Source: Nemertoderma westbladi (Eukaryota > Animalia > Xenacoelomorpha). Taken from it: a stretch of 64,000 bases of DNA. Under the pieces are notes generated by a model. The model saw only the letters and a list, made by a program, of their open reading frames with translations, was not told where the DNA came from and ran no database searches. The stretch lies in contig JAUCBJ010004961.1 of the NCBI GenBank assembly GCA_032718475.1, positions 13,853 to 77,852 on the forward strand, given 5' to 3'. Shown here piece by piece: positions 55,001 to 64,000 of this stretch (its first letter is position 1; every line of letters begins with the position of its first letter). The position numbers and the translations under genes were made by a program.

Positions 55001-58000
55001 TGTAAGGCGCAGAGCAAATGGAAAACTCATTTCCCCACCCACGGTGTAAGCCGCAGAGCAAATGGAAAACTAATTTCCCCACCCACGGTGTAAGGCACAG
55101 AGCAAATGGAAAACTCATTTCCCCACCCACGGTGTAAGGCGCAGAGCAAAAGGAAAACTCATTTCCCCACCCACGGTGTAAGGCACAGAGCAAATGGAAA
55201 ACTCATTTCCCCACCCACGGTGTAAGGCGCAGAGCAAATTGAAAACTCATTTCACCACCCACGGTGTAAGCCGCAGAGCAAATGGAAAACTCATTTCCCC
55301 ACCCACGGTGTAAGCCGCAGAGCAAATGGAAAACTCATTGCCCTACCCACGGTGTAAGGCACAGAGCAAATGGAAAACTCATTGCCCCACCCATGGTGTA
55401 AGGCACAGAACAAATGGAAAACTAATTTCACCACCCACGGTGTAAGGCGCAGAAGCAAATGGAAAACTCATTTCCCGACCCACGGTGTAAGGCAGAGAGC
55501 AAATGGAAAACTCATTTCCCCACCCACGGTGTAAGGCACAGAGCAAATGGAAAACTCATTTCCCGACCCACGGTGTAAGGCGCAGAGCAAAAGGAAAACT
55601 CATTTCCCACCCACGGTGTAAGGCGCAGAGCAAATGGAAAACTCATTTCCCCACCCACGGTGTAAGGCACAGAGCAAATGGAAAACTCATTTCCCCACCC
55701 ACGGTGTAAGGCACAGAGCAAATGGAAAACTCATTTCCCCACCCACGGTGTAAGGCACAGAGCAAATGGAAAACTCATTTCCCCACCCACGGTGTAAGGC
55801 ACAGAGCAAATGGAAAACTCATTTCCCCACCCACGGTGTAAGGCACAGAGCAAATGGAAAACTCATTTCCCCACCCACGGTGTAAGGCACAGAGCAAATG
55901 GAAAACTCATTTCCCCACCCACGGTGTAAGGCACAGAGCAAATGGAAAACTCATTTCCCCACCCACGGTGTAAGGCACAGAGCAAATGGAAAACTCATTT
56001 CCCCACCCACGGTGTAAGGCACAGAGCAAATGGAAAACTCATTTCCCCACCCACGGTGTAAGGCACAGAGCAAATGGAAAACTCATTTCCCCACCCACGG
56101 TGTAAGGCACAGAGCAAATGGAAAACTCATTTCCCCACCCACGGTGTAAGGCACAGAGCAAATGGAAAACTCATTTCCCCACCCACGGTGTAAGGCACAG
56201 AGCAAATGGAAAACTCATTTCCCCACCCACGGTGTAAGGCACAGAGCAAATGGAAAACTCATTTCCCGACCCACGGTGTAAGGCGCAGAGCAAAAGGAAA
56301 ACTCATTTCCCACCCACGGTGTAAGGCACAGAGCAAATGGAAAACTAATTGCCCCACCCACGGTGTAAGGCACAGAGCAAATGGAAAACTCATTTCCCCA
56401 CCCACGGTGTAAGGCACAGAGCAAATGGAAAACTCATTTCCCCACCCACGGTGTAAGGCACAGAGCAAATGGAAAACTCATTTCCCCACCCACGGTGTAA
56501 GGCACAGAGCAAATGGAAAACTCATTTCCCCACCCACGGTGTAAGGCACAGAGCAAATGGAAAACTCATTTCCCCACCCACGGTGTAAGGCACAGAGCAA
56601 ATGGAAAACTCATTTCCCCACCCACGGTGTAAGGCACAGAGCAAATGGAAAACTCATTTCCCCACCCACGGTGTAAGGCGCAGAGCAAATGGAAAACTCA
56701 TTTCCCCACCCACGGTGTAAGCCGCAGAGCAAATGGAAAACTAATTTCCCCACCCACGGTGTAAGGCACAGAGCAAATGGAAAACTCATTTCCCCACCCA
56801 CGGTGTAAGGCGCAGAGCAAAAGGAAAACTCATTTCCCCACCCACGGTGTAAGGCACAGAGCAAATGGAAAACTCATTTCCCCACCCACGGTGTAAGGCG
56901 CAGAGCAAATTGAAAACTCATTTCACCACCCACGGTGTAAGCCGCAGAGCAAATGGAAAACTCATTTCCCCACCCACGGTGTAAGCCGCAGAGCAAATGG
57001 AAAACTCATTGCCCTACCCACGGTGTAAGGCACAGAGCAAATGGAAAACTCATTGCCCCACCCATGGTGTAAGGCACAGAACAAATGGAAAACTAATTTC
57101 ACCACCCACGGTGTAAGGCGCAGAAGCAAATGGAAAACTCATTGCCCTACCCACGGTGAAGCCGCAGAGCAAATGGAAAACTCATTTCCCCACCCACGGT
57201 GTAAGCCGCAGAGCAAATGGAAAACTCATTTCCCCACCCACGGTGTAAGGCAGAGAGCAAATAGAAAACTAATTTCCCCACCCACGGTCTAAGGCACAGA
57301 ACAAATGGAAAACTAATTTCCCCACCCACGGTGTAAGGCACAGAGCAAATGGAAAACTCATTTCCCCACCCACGGTGTAAGCCGCAGAGCAAATGGAAAA
57401 CTCATTTCCCCACCCACGGTGTAAGGCACAGAGCAAATGGAAAACTAATTGCCCCACCCACGGTGTAAGGCAGAGAGCAAATGGAAAACTCATTTCCCCA
57501 CCCACGGTGTAAGGCACAGAGCAAATGGAAAACTCATTTCCCCACCCACGGTGTAAGGCGCAGAAGCAAATGGAAAACTCATTGCCCTACCCACGGTGAA
57601 GCCGCAGAGCAAATGGAAAACTCATTTCCCCACCCACGGTGTAAGCCGCAGAGCAAATGGAAAACTCATTTCCCCACCCACGGTGTAAGGCAGAGAGCAA
57701 ATGGAAAACTCATTTCCCCACCCACGGTGTAAGGCACAGAGCAAATGGAAAACTCATTTCCCGACCCACGGTGTAAGGCACAGAGCAAATGGAAAACTCA
57801 TTTCCCCACCCACGGTGTAAGGCACAGAGCAAATGGAAAACTCATTTCCCCACCCACGGTGTAAGGCACAGAGCAAATGGAAAACTCATTTCCCGACCCA
57901 CGGTGTTAGGCACAGAGCAAATGGAAAACTCATTTCCCGACCCACGGTGTAAGGCGCAGAGCAAAAGGAAAACTCATTTCCCACCCACGGTGTAAGGCAC

Positions 58001-61000
58001 AGAGCAAATGGAAAACTAATTGCCCCACCCACGGTGTAAGGCACAGAGCAAATGGAAAACTCATTTCCCCACCCACGGTGTAAGGCACAGAGCAAATGGA
58101 AAACTCATTTCCCCACCCACGGTGTAAGGCACAGAGCAAATGGAAATCTCATTTCCCCACCCACGGTGTAAGGCACAGAGCAAATGGAAAACTCATTTCC
58201 CCACCCACGGTGTAAGGCACAGAGCAAATGGAAAACTCATTTCCCCACCCACGGTGTAAGGCACAGAGCAAATGGAAAACTCATTTCCCCACCCACGGTG
58301 TAAGGCACAGAGCAAATGGAAAACTCATTTCCCCACCCACGGTGTAAGGCGCAGAGCAAATGGAAAACTCATTTCCCCACCCACGGTGTAAGCCGCAGAG
58401 CAAATGGAAAACTAATTTCCCCACCCACGGTGTAAGGCACAGAGCAAATGGAAAACTCATTTCCCCACCCACGGTGTAAGGCGCAGAGCAAAAGGAAAAC
58501 TCATTTCCCCACCCACGGTGTAAGGCACAGAGCAAATGGAAAACTCATTTCCCCACCCACGGTGTAAGGCGCAGAGCAAATTGAAAACTCATTTCACCAC
58601 CCACGGTGTAAGCCGCAGAGCAAATGGAAAACTCATTTCCCCACCCACGGTGTAAGCCGCAGAGCAAATGGAAAACTCATTGCCCTACCCACGGTGTAAG
58701 GCACAGAGCAAATGGAAAACTCATTGCCCCACCCATGGTGTAAGGCACAGAACAAATGGAAAACTAATTTCACCACCCACGGTGTAAGGCGCAGAAGCAA
58801 ATGGAAAACTCATTGCCCTACCCACGGTGAAGCCGCAGAGCAAATGGAAAACTCATTTCCCCACCCACGGTGTAAGCCGCAGAGCAAATGGAAAACTCAT
58901 TTCCCCACCCACGGTGTAAGGCAGAGAGCAAATAGAAAACTAATTTCCCCACCCACGGTCTAAGGCACAGAACAAATGGAAAACTAATTTCCCCACCCAC
59001 GGTGTAAGGCACAGAGCAAATGGAAAACTCATTTCCCCACCCACGGTGTAAGGCGCAGAGCAAATGGAAAACTCATTTCCCCACCCACGGTGTAAGGCAC
59101 AGAGCAAATGGAAAACTAATTTCCCCACCCACGGTGTTAGGCAGAGAGCAAATGGAAAACTAATTGCCCCACCCACGGTGTAAGGCAGAGAGCAAATGGA
59201 AAACTAATTGCCCCACCCACGGTGTAAGGCACAGAGCAAATGGAAAACTCATTTCCCCACCACGGTGTAAGGCACAGAGCAAATGGAAAACTCATTTCCC
59301 CACCCACGGTGTAAGGCACAGAGCAAATGGAAAACTCATTTCCCCACCCACGGTGTAAGGCACAGAGCAAATGGAAAACTCATTTCCCCACCCACGGTGT
59401 AAGGCACAGAGCAAATGGAAAACTCATTGCCCTACCCACGGTGTAAGGCACAGAACAAATGGAAAACTCATTGCCCTACCCACGGTGTAAGGCACAGAAC
59501 AAATGGAAAACTCATTGCCCTACCCACGGTGTAAGGCAGAGAGCAAATGGAAAACTAATTGCCCCACCCACGGTGTAAGGCACAGAGCAAATGGAAAACT
59601 AATTGCCCCACCCACGGTGTAAGGCAGAGAGCAAATGGAAAACTAATTGCCCCACCCACGGTGTAAGGCACAGAGCAAATGGAAAACTCATTTCCCCACC
59701 ACGGTGTAAGGCACAGAGCAAATGGAAAACTCATTTCCCCACCCACGGTGTAAGGCACAGAGCAAATGGAAAACTCATTTCCCCACCCACGGTGTAAGGC
59801 ACAGAGCAAATGGAAAACTCATTTCCCCACCCACGGTGTAAGGCACAGAGCAAATGGAAAACTCATTGCCCTACCCACGGTGTAAGGCACAGAACAAATG
59901 GAAAACTCATTGCCCTACCCACGGTGTAAGGCACAGAGCAAATGGAAAACTAATTGCCCCACCCACGGTGTAAGGCAGAGAGCAAATGGAAAACTAATTG
60001 CCCCACCCACGGTGTAAGGCAGAGAGCAAATGGAAAACTCATTTCCCCACCCACGGTGTAAGCCGCAGAGCAAATGGAAAACTCATTTCCCCACCACGGT
60101 GTAAGGCACAGAGCAAATGGAAAACTCATTTCCCCACCCACGGTGTAAGGCGCAGAAGCAAATGGAAAACTCATTGCCCTACCCACGGTGAAGCCGCAGA
60201 GCAAATGGAAAACTCATTTCCCCACCCACGGTGTAAGCCGCAGAGCAAATGGAAAACTCATTTCCCCACCCACGGTGTAAGGCAGAGAGCAAATGGAAAA
60301 CTCATTTCCCCACCCACGGTGTAAGGCACAGAGCAAATGGAAAACTCATTTCCCCACCCACGGTGTAAGGCACAGAGCAAATGGAAAACTCATTGCCCTA
60401 CCCACGGTGTAAGGCACAGAACAAATGGAAAACTCATTTCCCCACCCACGGTGTAAGGCAGAGAGCAAATGGAAAACTCATTTCCCCACCCACGGTGTAA
60501 GGCACAGAGCAAATGGAAAACTCATTTCCCCACCCACGGTGTAAGGCACAGAGCAAATGGAAAACTCATTTCCCCACCCACGGTGTAAGGCACAGAGCAA
60601 ATGGAAAACTCATTTCCCCACCCACGGTGTAAGGCAGAGAGCAAATGGAAAACTCATTTCCCCACCCACGGTGTAAGGCACAGAGCAAATGGAAAACTCA
60701 TTTCCCCACCCACGGTGTAAGGCACAGAGCAAATGGAAAACTCATTTCCCCACCCACGGTGTAAGGCACAGAGCAAATGGAAAACTCATTTCCCCACCCA
60801 CGGTGTAAGGCACAGAGCAAATGGAAAACTCATTTCCCCACCCACGGTGTAAGGCACAGAGCAAATGGAAAACTCATTTCCCCACCCACGGTGTAAGGCA
60901 CAGAGCAAATGGAAAACTCATTTCCCCACCCACGGTGTAAGGCACAGAGCAAATGGAAAACTCATTTCCCCACCCACGGTGTAAGGCACAGAGCAAATGG

Positions 61001-62332
61001 AAAACTCATTTCCCCACCCACGGTGTAAGGCACAGAGCAAATGGAAAACTCATTTCCCCACCCACGGTGTAAGGCACAGAGCAAATGGAAAACTCATTTC
61101 CCCACCACGGTGTAAGGCACAGAGCAAATGGAAAACTCATTTCCCCACCCACGGTGTAAGGCGCAGAAGCAAATGGAAAACTCATTGCCCTACCCACGGT
61201 GAAGCCGCAGAGCAAATGGAAAACTCATTTCCCCACCCACGGTGTAAGCCGCAGAGCAAATGGAAAACTCATTTCCCCACCCACGGTGTAAGGCAGAGAG
61301 CAAATGGAAAACTCATTTCCCCACCCACGGTGTAAGGCACAGAGCAAATGGAAAACTCATTTCCCCACCCACGGTGTAAGGCACAGAGCAAATGGAAAAC
61401 TCATTGCCCTACCCACGGTGTAAGGCACAGAACAAATGGAAAACTCATTTCCCCACCCACGGTGTAAGGCAGAGAGCAAATGGAAAACTCATTTCCCCAC
61501 CCACGGTGTAAGGCACAGAGCAAATGGAAAACTCATTTCCCCACCCACGGTGTAAGGCACAGAGCAAATGGAAAACTCATTTCCCCACCCACGGTGTAAG
61601 GCACAGAGCAAATGGAAAACTCATTTCCCCACCCACGGTGTAAGGCAGAGAGCAAATGGAAAACTCATTTCCCCACCCACGGTGTAAGGCACAGAGCAAA
61701 TGGAAAACTCATTTCCCCACCCATGGTGTAAGGCACAGAACAAATGGAAAACTAATTTCACCACCCACGGTGTAAGGCGCAGAAGCAAATGGAAAACTCA
61801 TTGCCCTACCCACGGTGAAGCCGCAGAGCAAATGGAAAACTCATTTCCCCACCCACGGTGTAAGGCGCAGAGCAAATGGAAAACTCATTTCCCCACCCAC
61901 GGTGTAAGGCACAGAGCAAATGGAAAACTCATTTCCCCACCCACGGTGTAAGGCGCAGAGCAAATGGAAAACTCATTTCCCCACCCACGGTGTAAGGCAC
62001 AGAACAAATGGAAAACTAATTGCCCCACCCACCACGGTGTAAGGCACAGAGCAAATGGAAAACTCATTTCCCCACCCACGGTGTAAGGCACAGAGCAAAT
62101 GGAAAACTCATTTCCCCACCCACGGTGTAAGGCACAGAGCAAATGGAAAACTCATTTCCCCACCCACGGTGTAAGGCACAGAGCAAATGGAAAACTCATT
62201 TCCCCACGTACGGTGTAAGGCACAGAGCAAATGGAAAACTCATTTCCCCACCCACGGTGTAAGGCACAGAGCAAATGGAAAACTCATTTCCCCACCCACG
62301 GTGTAAGGCGCAGAGCAAATGGAAAACTCATT
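22037..62332 (+). repeat. 44-bp satellite array, right arm (~920 monomers)
   Basis: Same monomer and orientation as the left arm. Ends abruptly mid-monomer at ...GGAAAACTCATT|GAATAATAC. Confidence 0.99.
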
Positions 62333-62477
62333 GAATAATACATAATTATTTATTACATGGGAACATTTTTTAAATATTCTCTCGACTTTTTATTAACCTC
62401 GCTGGTAAATATGCCCCGAGAATAGTGAAAAAATGTTCTACGTTTTTTTCCCACGTGTAATACGTAATTTTATTCTT
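62333..62477. mobile_element. ~145-bp palindromic (MITE-like) element abutting the array end
   Basis: Inner arms GAACATTTTTTAAATATTCTC (62361-62381) and GAGAATAGTGAAAAAATGTTC (62418-62438) are 19/21 complementary. Outer arms AATTATTTATTACATGGGAA and TTCCCACGTGTAATACGTAATT are imperfectly complementary. No TSD identified. Confidence 0.55.
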
Positions 62478-62751
62478 AAATTTGTACTTTTTGTTGCTCA
62501 ATTCTTTAATAAACAATAAAGCGATATACTGTAGTGTTACAAAATAAATTGAACTATATAGTACTATACTATATTGCTTCCATAGTTACTGCGATTCAAG
62601 TTATTATATTCTTCAACTCCTGATGCTGCCTTTACTCAATGTTAAATAATTTAATGTTCTAGAATATTTATTACGTAACTAGAGAACCGCCTAACAACAT
62701 AAACCAATATTGGATATTGAGTTCCGTTTTGGAGTTCGCCTCGCAGACACA

Positions 62752-62940
62752 AAGTTACAGTAACTTCTGAGTTACTCAAATTACTTGCTAACCTTTTCTA
62801 TTTCGATGGATGCTCTTTCAATACAATGTAATACAATTAAAGAAATTCCACCAAAATATTTTACTTTACTTTTTTCGCCGGGAAAAAAAGTAAAATCAAT
62901 ACAATCCTATGGGTTACTTTTTTTCCCTAGGGAAAAAAGC
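62752..62940. repeat. Cluster of short palindromes
   Basis: AAGTTAC-A-GTAACTT (62752-62766); TTTACTTTTTTC-GCCGG-GAAAAAAAGTAAA (62865-62894); perfect 20-bp TTTTTTCCCTAGGGAAAAAA (62919-62938). Confidence 0.7.
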
Positions 62941-63104
62941 TGAAACTTTTTCTCCCGATTTTGGGGTGTATTTGAGCGAAAAAGTGACAATTTAAGAATA
63001 AAATATATTTTGATTGATTTATTAATTTTCTATTAATTTTGTGCAACGCTATGAGTAACGGCAGGTTTTGATGAGATTCTCGGCTACTTCCGTTTCCCTT
63101 TTAG

Positions 63105-63713
63105 GGTTTCCAGTTTCCGACTCTCTGTTCCTCCGAGTTCCCCTCCCGGGAGGCACAGGAGGACGAGGATCCGAGTTCGCTGAGCGAACCGACGTCGCCG
63201 GCCGCCGACGGCGACACCGTGGACACACCGGAGGAGTTGCGGAGTAAACCCGAGGAGAAACAACGCCCTCTAGCGGAAGTTAGCGAGTTCGCGGTCACCG
63301 TGGATACGGAGAGTCGAGTCGCGTTCCGGTTGGACCGAGGGACGACGCCGACGGCGCTGCTGGGACGACTTCCGGGCGCCGGATGTCGCAACAAACACTC
63401 GCGGAAGCGACTCGAGGAGCCGATAGAGTTGGGTCGTCGTCACGGCGCCGATGTGTTCCTCAACCACCAGGCCGCTTCCAAGTTCCATCTACAGCTGTTT
63501 ATTTGCGACTCCAACGGGGCTCAACGGTTGGTTGCTAAGAAACACAAGGAGTATAAAGATATAACATTAAATAACTCCGTTATTCCTCCTCAAGGTTGTT
63601 TCGTAAACTCCGGTGACGTCATCAGGTTTCCGCCACTCGGGATATCTTTCGTTGTAGAATTTATTCCCGGGGAGTCGAAAGAATTTTATATTTTTGATTT
63701 TATATATTTATAA
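63105..63713 (+). CDS. Probable exon encoding an acidic/Pro-rich segment followed by an FHA (forkhead-associated)-like domain
   Basis: The frame is open from 63105, directly after a polypyrimidine tract and AG (TTCCGTTTCCCTTTTAG, ends 63104). GC/CpG-rich against AT-rich flanks. FHA pattern IELGR..ADVFLN..AS KFH LQL...ITLNN...GDVIRF...FVVEF. No in-frame ATG. The 3' end may be spliced at ~63674-63726. Confidence 0.65.
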   Translation, partial: GFQFPTLCSSEFPSREAQEDEDPSSLSEPTSPAADGDTVDTPEELRSKPEEKQRPLAEVSEFAVTVDTESRVAFRLDRGTTPTALLGRLPGAGCRNKHSRKRLEEPIELGRRHGADVFLNHQAASKFHLQLFICDSNGAQRLVAKKHKEYKDITLNNSVIPPQGCFVNSGDVIRFPPLGISFVVEFIPGESKEFYIFDFIYL

Positions 63714-64000
63714 TTCCCTCCCTCAGTGGTTCTGCTGGTTCAGAGGGAGTGAAGAATTTATAGTAAAACCTTTAAACGGTTGTATCTGCAGAGTGCAGCT
63801 CTGTGTATCAATTTATTATCAATATTAACTAAATATGAATTTCTCCCTGATTGGTCAACAATCTCACATTGTTTGTTTGTTAAAATTAAATTGATGAGAA
63901 ACTTTACTTTTTGAGAATTTGATCTTTTTGAAAAATTGTTTATTCATTATGTGGCCGAGCAGAAATGATGTCTACGCTTTTATGTATATTATAATTTATT

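Noticed and set aside
35940-62037. Singleton aberrant monomers (GGAAATGAGC ~35943, GTATAAGG ~36071, AGAACAGAGC ~46616, 2-bp loss ~50256, extra ACC ~62031)
   Set aside because: Isolated slippage or mutation events, or consensus errors, with no pattern.
2951-62142. Hundreds of 60-170 aa ORFs (MLCALHRGWGNEF..., MENSFPHPR...)
   Set aside because: Translations of a 44-bp unit cycling through frames. Their lengths depend only on whether variants or indels remove stop codons.
2921-62332. CRISPR array
   Set aside because: Monomers are contiguous with no unique spacers, there are no cas genes, and the context is eukaryotic.
62865-62940. Bacterial rho-independent terminators
   Set aside because: The context is eukaryotic, the stems are the T/A tracts themselves, and no gene ends there.
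63101-63488. Minus-strand ORFs 63101-63394 and 63270-63488
   Set aside because: Antisense shadows of the GC-rich FHA-like frame.

Overview
Eukaryotic, probably metazoan, repeat-rich window. About 59 kb (2921-62332) is one head-to-tail array of a 44-bp satellite (consensus ACGGTGTAAGGCACAGAGCAAATGGAAAACTCATTTCCCCACCC, roughly 1,330 monomers). It has a small set of recurrent variants and nested kb-scale duplications, and nearly all ORFs in the track are its translation artefacts. A 5'-truncated RTE-clade non-LTR retrotransposon with an uninterrupted reading frame interrupts it once (20992-22036, minus strand, (TAG)4 tail, at most a 2-bp TSD). Left of the array, a decayed piggyBac (1053-2693; TTAA TSD, CACTA-type TIRs, transposase remnants) lies within what looks like a larger CAGTTW-repeat DNA element whose terminus abuts the array. 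Right of the array are a ~145-bp palindromic element sharing a short motif with the monomer, a cluster of palindromes, and a GC-rich open frame encoding an FHA-like domain (63105-63713). I see no CRISPR array or RNA gene and no clearly demonstrable new system. The best leads are the shared insertion phase in the monomer and a possible transposon origin of the satellite.
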